This document shows positions 1-9,546 of a DNA stretch of 64,000 bases, in pieces (position 1 is the first letter of the stretch; every line of letters starts with the position of its first letter). This stretch comes from Chitinophaga pinensis (lineage in GTDB: Bacteria; Bacteroidota; Bacteroidia; UBA7662; JAIXUI01), in the NCBI GenBank assembly GCA_943373175.1, contig CALSBM010000004.1, positions 276 through 64,275 on the forward strand. The letters run 5' to 3'. The notes below the pieces were generated by a model that saw only the letters and a list, made by a program, of their open reading frames with translations, had not been told where the DNA came from and ran no database searches. The position numbers and the translations under genes were made by a program.

Positions 1-269
1 ACATTCTGATCAATCATGGTTTTGGTTATCAAACACTGTATGCCCACCTTTCTGGATTTGCGATTAAACCCGGGCAAAAAGTGAACAGGGGCGAAACTAT
101 TGGGTATGTTGGAAACAGTGGAAAATCTACCGGACCGCACCTTCATTATGAAGTTCTAAAATCAGGTGAAAAAATCAATCCTATCAACTTTTTTTACAGC
201 GATTTAAGTCCGGCGCAATACGAAAAAATCCTTCAGCGTGCCTCCGCACTCAACCAATCTTTTGACTAA
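1..269 (+). CDS. M23 family metallopeptidase, C-terminal fragment (5' end outside window)
   Basis: In-frame translation from nt 3 gives ILINHGFGYQTLYAHLSGF...KVNRGETIGYVGNSGKSTGPHLHYEV. This is the typical M23 LytM-type core with the HxH zinc motif. The ORF is open to the window edge. Confidence 0.7.
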   Translation, partial: ILINHGFGYQTLYAHLSGFAIKPGQKVNRGETIGYVGNSGKSTGPHLHYEVLKSGEKINPINFFYSDLSPAQYEKILQRASALNQSFD

Positions 270-694
270 TGCCTTACAAGCCTAAACCCATCGAAAAAGC
301 CTATTACAGTATCACAGAGGTTTCTGAGATGCTGGAGCTTACTCCTTCCCTTTTAAGATTCTGGGAGAATCAGTTTGATTCCCTCAACCCCAAAAAAGGC
401 AAAAAAGGCAACCGAATGTACACGCCTAAGGACATTGAACTTATTAAGAAGCTTCAATCACTTATCAAAGAGAAGGGTTATACGTTGAAGGGCGCACAAA
501 TGGCTTTGAAAAGAAAGGATTTAGAAATTGAAGAACCATCGGATAACCTACCAACAGAAGTTCCTCAAACTATTGAACAACCAATGAAAGCGGTACAAGC
601 GAAAGCCGAAGAACCGGGATTAAACAAGGTAGAGTTGGCAGAAAAATTAGTTCGGATTCGTATGGGGCTTTCTGAAATCATCAAGCAACTCTGA
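269..694 (+). CDS. MerR-family HTH transcriptional regulator
   Basis: N-terminal YYSITEVSEMLELTPSLLRFWENQF is a MerR-type HTH. Small 141-aa protein with a charged C-terminal tail. Its start overlaps the stop of the M23 gene. Confidence 0.6.
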   Translation: MPYKPKPIEKAYYSITEVSEMLELTPSLLRFWENQFDSLNPKKGKKGNRMYTPKDIELIKKLQSLIKEKGYTLKGAQMALKRKDLEIEEPSDNLPTEVPQTIEQPMKAVQAKAEEPGLNKVELAEKLVRIRMGLSEIIKQL

Positions 695-696
695 AA

Positions 697-1992
697 TTGA
701 GAACTGCTATTTTATTTTGGATATTGCTTGTACAGGCAACTGACCTTCTAGCGCAAGACTGGCCACAAAGCTTGAGTTTCAAAGATTCTATACATTCAGA
801 TGTTGTAAAAACCGTACAATTAGGACGAAAGGGCGAAAAATTCGGTGACGCTGTAATAAGATTTCAGTCTGGAGAAAATCTTACCCTTGCATTTGATGAG
901 TTAAAACCATCGGTTTCTACTTTTCAGTATGCCATTATTTATTGTAATGCAGACTGGTCTCCTTCCGACTTATTTCCTAACCAGTATTTTCAGGGAATGC
1001 AGGATGAGTTCATTAACCAATATCAGCGCTCGTTCTCTACCCGCCAACCTTATGTTCATTATCAAATTGATATTCCAGGAAAAAATAGCCAATTCTTACT
1101 TCCGGGAAATTACCTGCTCTATGTTTATAGGGACGGAGATAAAAACAAAGTAATCCTAACTCGGAGGCTGATGGTTTATCAACCTCTTTTTTCACTTAAT
1201 CCTATTCTTAGGAGAACAACCCGCGCTGGACTCGTTCATTACAAACAAGCTTTAGATTTAGAAATTAACACCGGATCGGAAGAGGTTCTTAATCCTTTTG
1301 ACCAGGTTAAAGTTGTTATCAGGCAAAACAGCCGCTGGGATAACGCTTCTACTCAACTCAAACTACTTTATGTTCGTGACCGATTGCTCACCTATCAGGC
1401 TGAAGGAGATAATGTTTTCGACGGTTCCAATGAATTCAGAAGGTTTGACATCCGTACTACGCGTTTTAAGCCTGAACGAGTTGCAGATATTGGCTTAGAT
1501 TCCTTACTGATGTTTAAATTAGTTGAGGATCAGGATCGCTCTTATCTCCGTTATTCCCTTGACCCAGACCTTAATGGCCGTTGCTTCATCAGCCAATTAG
1601 ACGGCGCACAAAACCCTGATACAGATGCCGATTACGCCTGGGTGGAATTTACGCTCAACTTTCCGGACCGTACTTTGGAAGGTGATTTTTATGTGCTTGG
1701 AGAGCTATCTGATTGGAATACGACGCCTCAAAATCGTATGCAGTTTGACCCACTAAGAAAAAAGTATTACGGTAAATTTTTACTAAAACAAGGTTTATTC
1801 AACTACTTGTATGCCTTCAAAGAAAAAGGCAAAGACTCGTTAGATACTTCCATCACTGAAGGAGCTCATGAAGAAACTGAAAACAACTATGAAGTCTTGG
1901 TTTACTTCCAAGATTTTCGGAATCCAAGAGCAGATAGATTAGTAGGTTACAGCAAAATCAACTCGTTGAACAACAACCAGAACCGTCGGTAA
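697..1992 (+). CDS. secreted hypothetical protein (possibly DUF5103 / T9SS plug-like family)
   Basis: 431 aa with an N-terminal signal peptide (ILFWILLVQATDLLAQ). Size and composition resemble the Bacteroidota DUF5103 family, but the family assignment is from memory only. Confidence 0.35.
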   Translation: MRTAILFWILLVQATDLLAQDWPQSLSFKDSIHSDVVKTVQLGRKGEKFGDAVIRFQSGENLTLAFDELKPSVSTFQYAIIYCNADWSPSDLFPNQYFQGMQDEFINQYQRSFSTRQPYVHYQIDIPGKNSQFLLPGNYLLYVYRDGDKNKVILTRRLMVYQPLFSLNPILRRTTRAGLVHYKQALDLEINTGSEEVLNPFDQVKVVIRQNSRWDNASTQLKLLYVRDRLLTYQAEGDNVFDGSNEFRRFDIRTTRFKPERVADIGLDSLLMFKLVEDQDRSYLRYSLDPDLNGRCFISQLDGAQNPDTDADYAWVEFTLNFPDRTLEGDFYVLGELSDWNTTPQNRMQFDPLRKKYYGKFLLKQGLFNYLYAFKEKGKDSLDTSITEGAHEETENNYEVLVYFQDFRNPRADRLVGYSKINSLNNNQNRR

Positions 1993-1996
1993 GGTT

Positions 1997-2794
1997 TTAT
2001 AAACGGTAATCAGCCGCGAGTATTCCAAAGGCGATAGCGGCATTCAGCGATTCCGCTTTTCCGAACGATGGAATTTTAATGAGTAAATCAGCTTTATTCA
2101 ACCAAAAATCAGAAACTCCATGGGATTCGGAACCGATGACTAACGCTGTTTTAACAGGCCAAACTTTCGGCATTCCATCTCCATCAAGCGAACTGACTAC
2201 CAGCTCATACTGATTCTTCTTTAGCATTTCGAAAATCGTCTGCTGATCAAGTACTTTAGGTCGAATTCGGAACAAACTGCCCATAGCGGCTGAAACTACC
2301 TTGGGGTTCAAAGCCTCTACCGTAGAAGGAGTTGCTAAAATTAGGTTAAATCCAAACCACTCAGCCGTGCGAAGGATAGTTCCCAGGTTTCCGGGATCCT
2401 GAATGCCATCAAGTATCAGCCAAGGCGAATCTTCAGGAACAACAGGCATAAAGTGCGCATCACCAACCGCGATAATTCCCGGTGCTGTGGTAAAACCGGA
2501 AACTCGCTCCATTTGATCTTTGGTAATCACCTGAAAATGTGAACTATATCCATTCAAACTCTGAAGGGAGTTTGTCTCTAACCATAATTCGGTGACCAAT
2601 CCTTGTAAAACTGGCCAACCGGATTGTAGCAGCTCAAGAACCAACTTAGTTCCTTCAACCAGGAACAATCCTTCCAACAGCCTTCCATCTTTACGATGCA
2701 AGGATTTAATTCGCTTTATTTGTGCATTGCTCAATGCCAGAAAACGCAGGTCGTTCATATTTCTTCTGGATTCCGCTCCTAATACTGCTTGCAA
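1997..2794 (-). CDS. TrmH/SpoU-family RNA 2'-O-methyltransferase
   Basis: SPOUT motifs LDGIQDPGNLGTILRTAEWFGF and IGSESHGVS. The true start may be the internal MNDL at about 2758. Confidence 0.7.
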   Translation of the reverse strand: MQAVLGAESRRNMNDLRFLALSNAQIKRIKSLHRKDGRLLEGLFLVEGTKLVLELLQSGWPVLQGLVTELWLETNSLQSLNGYSSHFQVITKDQMERVSGFTTAPGIIAVGDAHFMPVVPEDSPWLILDGIQDPGNLGTILRTAEWFGFNLILATPSTVEALNPKVVSAAMGSLFRIRPKVLDQQTIFEMLKKNQYELVVSSLDGDGMPKVWPVKTALVIGSESHGVSDFWLNKADLLIKIPSFGKAESLNAAIAFGILAADYRL

Positions 2795-5112
2795 GCTGCG
2801 ATGTGACTCGGCATTTGCAGGAGGATCAATCGTTGATAGTCAAAAATAACATCAGCGGGCTTCCAACCCAAACTGCAAGCGAAGCTAAGAAAATCCTTAA
2901 ACCCAGAACCAACAAGAAGTTCTTGTTTTTGTGGAGGTTTAACACTTGGGTGTATTTGGTTACAAGCAAAGGAAAAGAAAACCGGTTTAAATGGAGCTTA
3001 AAACGTTCTATAGGCGAAGAACCAGCACTTTATGATTCGTCGCAAGTCAAAGAAAGTGCCTTAGCCTTGCAACGTTACCTTCGAGAAAGAGGCTATTTCC
3101 GAAATGTGGTTGAACCTGAAGTTGAAACCAAAGGAAAACGAACTATCGTCACTTACAGAGTGAAAGATTCTGTTCAATATACTTTCAGAAAGATAGTTTA
3201 CGAAAATGGTGACCGAGCAATCGACCAACTTATCTATGCTTCGTCTCCTCTTAGCCTTATTCAAAACAATACTCCCTATAACCTTGAATTATTGAACTTA
3301 GAGCGTTCTAGAGTTGCTGAATACGTCCGCAACCGAGGCTATTTCTACTTTAGTAGAGATTTTCAATACTTCGAACTTGACACTTCTGTTGGAAACCGAC
3401 AAGTAGATGTTTTTCCTAAACTGCGAACACCCCAAGCAGAATATCTTTATAAGCCTTTCCTTTTTGATGAAATCAGGATTAATTCTAACGTTGACTTATT
3501 CAGTAACTCCACCGATAGCCTGAACGGCCCATTCCGAAGCACTGATGGATTGATGTATTTGCTTAACAATCCCGGTTCTGTTGACGACGAAGTTTTAGAA
3601 CGATGCATTCAGTTTCGTCCGTTTGATCTTTTCTCTGAAGATAAAATTCGGTTTAGTCAATCGCGTCTTTCGGCGTTGGGCATTTATAGCAACATCAGTT
3701 TTAAAATGCGACCAAAACTGGATGACTCTATTCCAAAAGTTGCCGTAGATGTTTTCCTGACCCCAGCTAAAAAAGTTGAAACCCGATTAGAAGCTGAGGG
3801 CTCCACCAATTCTGTGTCCTTGTTCGGAATTTCCGGGAGTTATTTGATTAGGGATAAAAACATTTTTAGGGGTGGAGAACTGCTGGAACTCCGTCTTAAT
3901 GGAGGTATTGAATCGCAACAATTCAACAACCCTACTTTGGATAACCGAAGTCTGCCATTTAACACTTTAGAATACGGTGGTTCTTTATCCTTAGTTATTC
4001 CAAAGTTTTTATTCCCGTTCAAGAGTTTCAACAAAAGCAACTACTTCGCACCAAAAACAAGGTTTCAAGTCAGCTATTTTAACCAAAATCGATTCGATTA
4101 CAACCGATCTATACTCAATCTTAGTGTTGGTTATGAGTGGGTAAACAGAGCCAATGAACGATGGGGATTTTACCCCTTCGAGCTTAACTTAGCTAGAACA
4201 GGAAACATCGATTCGGTGCTAAAGGAGCGATTGGATCAAATCAACGACCCCTTCCTAAAATTTAGTTTTACCAATCACTTAACTTCTGGAACTCGTCTCA
4301 CTTATACCGCCAACAACCTGAATAGTGAAAACCCGAAAAAGCGAACGTTTAGCCGAGTAACAGTCGAGTCTTCAGGCAATCTTATTAACCTGATTCAGGG
4401 ATTGGCAGACCCCGGAGCTACTCGACCAAGACAATTGCTTGGGCTTCCTTATTTTCAATTCATACGCGCAGATGTTGACTTAAGAAAGTATTGGACTATC
4501 AATCCTCAATCTGATTTTGCCGCAAGAGCTTTTATCGGAATCGGACTTCCGCTCGACAACTCCTCTACCCTACCCTTAGAAAAGCGATATTTTGTTGGAG
4601 GTAACAATTCGTTGCGGGGTTGGTTGGCAAGGCAACCGGGGCCAGGAAGCTTTTCCGGATTTGGAGTTAATCGATTTGATCAGTTCGGAGAGATAAAGTT
4701 GGAATTCAATGCAGAATACCGGTTTTCCTTACTTCGTTTAGCCGGTGGCTACACCATTCAAGGAGCTTTATTCTGCGATGCAGGGAATATCTGGACTTTG
4801 AAAGACACCGTTAGCAACAAACAACAATTCACCAATTTCACCTTTTCTCGATCCTGGAAAGAGCTCGCTATTAATACAGGATTCGGTATCAGAATGAACT
4901 TCAACTTTTTCATCATCCGTTTTGATGTTGGATTAAAACTTCACGACCCGGCCTTTACAGAAGGAAACCGGTGGGTTATTCAGCATTTAACTAACCCTGA
5001 CTGGAGATTTAATCAATGGCAAAACGAACTCAACATCCTTAATCCTGTAGGAAATCGGTTAGGGATTTATGAGATGTGGGGGTATAATCTTGGCATTGGA
5101 CTTCCCTTCTAA
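2722..5112 (+). CDS. Omp85-family outer membrane protein (BamA/TamA-like, surface antigen D15 barrel)
   Basis: 796 aa with a lipoprotein-like signal (LLILLASCD). POTRA-like region, then a long beta-barrel region ending in an aromatic-rich C-terminus (GIGLPF). The 5' end overlaps the divergent TrmH-family gene. Confidence 0.6.
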   Translation: MHCSMPENAGRSYFFWIPLLILLASCDVTRHLQEDQSLIVKNNISGLPTQTASEAKKILKPRTNKKFLFLWRFNTWVYLVTSKGKENRFKWSLKRSIGEEPALYDSSQVKESALALQRYLRERGYFRNVVEPEVETKGKRTIVTYRVKDSVQYTFRKIVYENGDRAIDQLIYASSPLSLIQNNTPYNLELLNLERSRVAEYVRNRGYFYFSRDFQYFELDTSVGNRQVDVFPKLRTPQAEYLYKPFLFDEIRINSNVDLFSNSTDSLNGPFRSTDGLMYLLNNPGSVDDEVLERCIQFRPFDLFSEDKIRFSQSRLSALGIYSNISFKMRPKLDDSIPKVAVDVFLTPAKKVETRLEAEGSTNSVSLFGISGSYLIRDKNIFRGGELLELRLNGGIESQQFNNPTLDNRSLPFNTLEYGGSLSLVIPKFLFPFKSFNKSNYFAPKTRFQVSYFNQNRFDYNRSILNLSVGYEWVNRANERWGFYPFELNLARTGNIDSVLKERLDQINDPFLKFSFTNHLTSGTRLTYTANNLNSENPKKRTFSRVTVESSGNLINLIQGLADPGATRPRQLLGLPYFQFIRADVDLRKYWTINPQSDFAARAFIGIGLPLDNSSTLPLEKRYFVGGNNSLRGWLARQPGPGSFSGFGVNRFDQFGEIKLEFNAEYRFSLLRLAGGYTIQGALFCDAGNIWTLKDTVSNKQQFTNFTFSRSWKELAINTGFGIRMNFNFFIIRFDVGLKLHDPAFTEGNRWVIQHLTNPDWRFNQWQNELNILNPVGNRLGIYEMWGYNLGIGLPF

Positions 5113-5162
5113 AAAAAATTTAGAAAAGTACTTTACATTATAAAGTTGTTTACATTTGAGCC

Positions 5163-5750
5163 ATGAAACCAACCTTAGAAACAGCAGAAGATTCACTGTC
5201 CCTTATTCACCTAATGATTAGGGACAAAAAAAAGGCGATGGGGAAGTCTGCCATTCACTATCTACTCTGGGGAACTTCAGTTAGTGTGGCAGCACTTATT
5301 CATTATCTGATGCTAAAATTGAATATCGACAACGCTCCACTTTCTTGGCCAATACTGATGACATTAAGCGGAATCATTGCCATAATTGTAGGGTTTAAAG
5401 AGAGCAAAAAACAACAAACCAAATCATGGTTAGACAATGCCAGCGATGCCCTCTGGTTAAGTTTTTCAATTTCGCTATTAATCGGCATTTGTGCTTCAGT
5501 GGTTTCCGGTAACTGGCAGCAGGGGTACACGTTTATACTTTGTCTTTATGGCTTAGGACTTTTTGTTTCAGGTTCCATACTTTCCTTTCTCCCATTTAAA
5601 ATTGGAGGAATCATTAACTGGGTTCTTGCTGTAGCCAGCCTCAAATTGGGGTTTCCAGAAATGCTACTCATCATTGTAGCAGCAATGGTTAGTGGATATC
5701 TTATTCCGGGAATAATGTTGTATCGCCAGGAGCGGAAAAATGAAGTTTGA
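5163..5750 (+). CDS. hypothetical polytopic membrane protein
   Basis: 195 aa with four or five hydrophobic helices. Overlaps the downstream wHTH gene by 11 bp. Confidence 0.5.
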   Translation: MKPTLETAEDSLSLIHLMIRDKKKAMGKSAIHYLLWGTSVSVAALIHYLMLKLNIDNAPLSWPILMTLSGIIAIIVGFKESKKQQTKSWLDNASDALWLSFSISLLIGICASVVSGNWQQGYTFILCLYGLGLFVSGSILSFLPFKIGGIINWVLAVASLKLGFPEMLLIIVAAMVSGYLIPGIMLYRQERKNEV

Positions 5751-6051
5751 AGATTTAGACCCACTTCTACATAACCAACTTAGATTGGCTGTTGTATCCC
5801 TGCTGATGACGGTTGAAAGTGCAGATTTTAATTGGTTGCAATCTCAAACAGGCTCAACTTCAGGAAACTTAAGTGTCCAATTATCTAAATTGCAGTCTGT
5901 TAATTACATCAAGATCAGCAAACAATTCAAGGATAATAAACCCCTAACTACTTGTGAACTCACTAAAAACGGCATTCAAGCCTTTGAGTGCTATGTTCAA
6001 AAACTGGAATCGTATTTAAAACCAGTAAAAGCTTCCTCAGAACAATCATGA
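5740..6051 (+). CDS. winged-helix transcriptional regulator (HTH_34-like)
   Basis: 103 aa. LHNQLRLAVVSLL...FNWLQSQTGSTSGNLSVQLSKLQSVNYI matches the small wHTH regulators of Bacteroidota. Confidence 0.5.
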   Translation: MKFEDLDPLLHNQLRLAVVSLLMTVESADFNWLQSQTGSTSGNLSVQLSKLQSVNYIKISKQFKDNKPLTTCELTKNGIQAFECYVQKLESYLKPVKASSEQS

Positions 6052-8219
6052 AATTTTTTTCTTTCTCATTCTTCGCCGGCTTGTTAGCCATGTTGTTTAC
6101 TTTTTCAGCATTCAGTCAGTCAACCGAAGTCTCAGGAGTTGTAACTGACAATAAGAAAAACCCTCTTGCAGGCGTAAACGTTTTTCTGAAAGGCACTTAT
6201 GATGGCGCATCTACCGACGCCCAAGGAAAGTATCAGTTTACCACTTTAGATACCGGTACATTGGAAATTGTGGCTACTTTGCTGGGGTTCAAAGATTTTC
6301 GAAAAACCTTGCAGCTTTCAGGCGGCAAGCTTCAACTAAACTTAGTATTGAAAGAAAAAATCAATGAGTTAAAGGCAGTAACTATTTCTGCCGGAACGAT
6401 TGAAGCCTCAGACAGCCGAAGAGTTACCGTATTGAAACCTTTAGACATTGTTACCACAGCCAATGCACAGGGAGATATTTTTGGTGCATTACGCACTTTA
6501 CCCGGGGCTCAGCAGGTTGGAGAACAAGAAGGGCTTTTTGTTCGAGGAGGTGCAGGATCGGAAACCAAAACCATCATTGATGGAATGGTAGTGAACAATC
6601 CATTTTTTTCTTCTACTCCTGATATTGCTCAACGAGGCAGGTTCAATCCATTTCTTTTTAAAGGAACGGTCTTTTCTACCGGAGGGTATTCAGCCCAATA
6701 CGGCCAGGCTTTATCTTCTGCTTTAGTTCTTGAAACCCAGGATATGCCCGATAGAACAGCCGCAACTTATTCGCTTTCCGCGGTTGGTTTAGGAGCTGGT
6801 TATGTAAACCTCTCAAAAAACAAGAAAACCGCCTGGGGGGGTGATTTGAATTACACCAACCTCCTACCATACATGAAACTGGTTTCTCAGCGACAATCTT
6901 ATCAGCAGTATCCTGAATTCATTGGTGGATCTACCTTCTTCAGAAGGCAACTTCGGAAAAACGGGTTACTGAAGTTTTACGGCTATTACACCTTTGGTCA
7001 TCTCGGATTTACTCAACCAAGGCTTGATTCAGTCCCATCTAACTTCAATTTGAGTAATCATAATGTTTATACTAATCTGACGTACAAGGATATACTTAAT
7101 GAAAAGTGGAGTATTTATGGTGGGATTTCTTATAGCTACAATTTAGATAACATACGTCCCGACAGCCTCATTTTGGGAAGCCACAATGTATTATTTCAAA
7201 CTAGGGTTATGGCAACCCGTATTATCGGTGATTTGAGTGCCCTCAGAATTGGAGCTGAATGGCAGCAGTTTGGAGATGGCAGAAGTTTTCAGCAACAACT
7301 CTTCGGCGGGACTACTCCAAAGCTAATGCAAGACCTGAACGACTATCTAACGAGTGCCTTTGCGGAGTATGATTTATATGCTAGCAGCCGGTTGGTATTC
7401 AGATTTGGTGGACGTTATGAATATTCATCGTTACTCGCCAGACCAAACCTTGCACCACGAGTTTCAATTTCCTATAAATCAGGCGCTAACAGCACCCTTG
7501 GAATTGCCTACGGCGATTTTTACCAAAAACCGGTTACACAATGGCTTTACGATACACGCTCACGTCAGGGTTTTGAAAAAGCTACTCACTACATTCTTAA
7601 TTACCAATGGATTACATCGGCTTATACTTTTAGGGTTGAAGCATATCGTAAACAATACGACCAACTGCTTAGAACCTTAGAACCCCAATGGGATCTTCTG
7701 GGTGGAGGGTACGCACAAGGAATTGATGTTTTCTGGAGAGACAGAAAGACCTTTAAAAATGTAGATTATTGGATTTCCTATTCGTACTTAGATACAAGAA
7801 GGCAATACTTGAATTATCCGATACAGACTATGCCTACTTTTGCAACTCCCCATACCGCTACTCTGGTGTTTAAAAAATTCTTCACTAAGCTGAATACCGC
7901 CGCCGGATTTACCTATAGTTACTCAACCGGAAGGCCATTCTACAATCCTTACGAATCGGGTTTTCTTACTGGAAGAACCCCGGATTTGCATAATTTCGGT
8001 GTAAATGCCAGCATTCTTAAAACAGTTAAAGGTGCTTTCTGTGTTCTAGCACTTTCAGTAACCAATGTACTTGGCCTTGAACAAGTGTTTACCTATCGAT
8101 TTAACTCAGCAGGAGAGCGTATTGCGGTTGGTCCGCCTGCACCAAGGTTTTTCTTTGTAGGTCTGTTTATTTCAGTCGGTCAGAACCGCTCCAATGAAGT
8201 CGTCAATCAAAATAATTAA
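6048..8219 (+). CDS. TonB-dependent receptor with N-terminal carboxypeptidase-regulatory-like domain
   Basis: Signal peptide MKFFSFSFFAGLLAMLFTFSAFSQ. CarbopepD-reg-like motif VSGVVTDNKKNPLAGVNVFLKG...DAQGKYQF. Plug followed by a long barrel. Start chosen at the internal ATG 6048 rather than the ORF-track start 5988. Confidence 0.75.
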   Translation: MKFFSFSFFAGLLAMLFTFSAFSQSTEVSGVVTDNKKNPLAGVNVFLKGTYDGASTDAQGKYQFTTLDTGTLEIVATLLGFKDFRKTLQLSGGKLQLNLVLKEKINELKAVTISAGTIEASDSRRVTVLKPLDIVTTANAQGDIFGALRTLPGAQQVGEQEGLFVRGGAGSETKTIIDGMVVNNPFFSSTPDIAQRGRFNPFLFKGTVFSTGGYSAQYGQALSSALVLETQDMPDRTAATYSLSAVGLGAGYVNLSKNKKTAWGGDLNYTNLLPYMKLVSQRQSYQQYPEFIGGSTFFRRQLRKNGLLKFYGYYTFGHLGFTQPRLDSVPSNFNLSNHNVYTNLTYKDILNEKWSIYGGISYSYNLDNIRPDSLILGSHNVLFQTRVMATRIIGDLSALRIGAEWQQFGDGRSFQQQLFGGTTPKLMQDLNDYLTSAFAEYDLYASSRLVFRFGGRYEYSSLLARPNLAPRVSISYKSGANSTLGIAYGDFYQKPVTQWLYDTRSRQGFEKATHYILNYQWITSAYTFRVEAYRKQYDQLLRTLEPQWDLLGGGYAQGIDVFWRDRKTFKNVDYWISYSYLDTRRQYLNYPIQTMPTFATPHTATLVFKKFFTKLNTAAGFTYSYSTGRPFYNPYESGFLTGRTPDLHNFGVNASILKTVKGAFCVLALSVTNVLGLEQVFTYRFNSAGERIAVGPPAPRFFFVGLFISVGQNRSNEVVNQNN

Positions 8220-8220
8220 C

Positions 8221-8859
8221 ATGAAAAAACTGTTTCTTTTTGCCCTAGTACTCATGGGCAGCTTGCTTACCAACCCCACGTCTGCACAAAGCGCCCGCTA
8301 CTTGAAGGCGATGGAGAGTAATTTAGAAAACTTAGATTCCATCCAACAAGCGGATGAATTGATGAGCAAAGCTTCTCAGTTTCTTCGTATTGCGGAAGCT
8401 GAAAAAGCAGAGTGGCTTCCCTCCTACTATGCAGCTTATTGCCAAGTTATGGCAACAATCCGGGTAAATGGCACAGAAAAGTTAGATGAGTGGTTAGATG
8501 AAGCGGATAAAAACATTGAAGAAGGGTTAAAGCGTAAACCTGAAGAATCTGAATTGCTGACTTTGAAAGCCATGGCTGCTTTTATGAGAATGCGAGTGAA
8601 TCCTATGGAACGCTGGCAAAAGTATGGCGGAGTCAGTCAGGAAAACCTCGCAAAAGCTAAAGTTGCAGACCCTACTAATCCCCGCCCTTGGATGCTTCAA
8701 GGCCAAAGTGTGTTGTTTACTCCTGAGCAATTTGGCGGAGGAAAAGACAATGCAATGCCCATCTTGAACACGGCAATCGACAAATTCAATGCGTTTAAAC
8801 CTCAAAGTAAAATTCACCCTCAATGGGGGAAAGCGTATTGTGAATCGCTCATGAAGTAA
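8221..8859 (+). CDS. hypothetical secreted protein
   Basis: Signal peptide MKKLFLFALVLMGSLLTNPTSAQ. No recognisable catalytic motif. Confidence 0.45.
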   Translation: MKKLFLFALVLMGSLLTNPTSAQSARYLKAMESNLENLDSIQQADELMSKASQFLRIAEAEKAEWLPSYYAAYCQVMATIRVNGTEKLDEWLDEADKNIEEGLKRKPEESELLTLKAMAAFMRMRVNPMERWQKYGGVSQENLAKAKVADPTNPRPWMLQGQSVLFTPEQFGGGKDNAMPILNTAIDKFNAFKPQSKIHPQWGKAYCESLMK

Positions 8860-8862
8860 GTT

Positions 8863-9546
8863 TTGAAGGTACTTTTGCCCATGCCTCGCTTATACTTCAA
8901 AATCATCATTGTCTTTGTGCTTCTGTTGGTGCAATCAGCAGGAGCACAACCTTTTTCATTGAAAATAGGAAAACTTAAGTATAAAGGCGGAGGAGATTGG
9001 TACGCTAATCCCAGTTCTGTTGGCAACCTTGCTCGCTTTTGTAACCAACAATTGCAAACTAGGATTGACCCTATTGAAGTGGTGGTTGAAGTAGGTTCTT
9101 CTGAGTTGTTCTCTTTGGCCTTTGTACACATGACAGGCCACGGAAATTTAGTGTTCAGCCGTGAGGAAGCCGACAATCTTCGTCAATACCTCATAAGTGG
9201 GGGATTTCTGCATATCGACGACAACTACGGGATGGACGTTTTTGTAAGAAGAGAAATGAAGAAGGTGTTTCCTGAGCTTGATTGGAAAGAATTAGGCCCG
9301 GGTCATCCCATCTATAAACAAAAATTTAACTTTCCTAAAGGGCTTCCAAAAATTCACGAACACAATGGAAAGCCTGCTCAGGCTTTTGGCTTGTATTGGA
9401 AGGGAAGATTAGTTAGCGTTTATACCTACGAATGCGATTTAAGTGATGGTTGGGAAGACCCTGAGGTACATAATGATCCGCAAGAAATTCGGCTGAAAGC
9501 CTTGCAAATGGGTGCCAACCTGGTTCAATACGCTTTTTCTAACTAA
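8863..9546 (+). CDS. DUF4159-like secreted protein
   Basis: 227 aa with a signal peptide. The pattern GGGDWYANPSS...HMTGHG...GGFLHIDDNYGMD recalls the DUF4159 family. Assignment from memory. Confidence 0.4.
   Translation: MKVLLPMPRLYFKIIIVFVLLLVQSAGAQPFSLKIGKLKYKGGGDWYANPSSVGNLARFCNQQLQTRIDPIEVVVEVGSSELFSLAFVHMTGHGNLVFSREEADNLRQYLISGGFLHIDDNYGMDVFVRREMKKVFPELDWKELGPGHPIYKQKFNFPKGLPKIHEHNGKPAQAFGLYWKGRLVSVYTYECDLSDGWEDPEVHNDPQEIRLKALQMGANLVQYAFSN

Noticed and set aside
2592-2849. 85-aa and other short ORFs overlapping annotated genes (e.g. 2592-2849, 8527-9176, 13107-13725, 17559-18203, 57564-57990)
   Set aside because: All are embedded antisense or out of frame in strongly supported longer genes and have no recognisable motifs. 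Treated as non-coding shadow ORFs.
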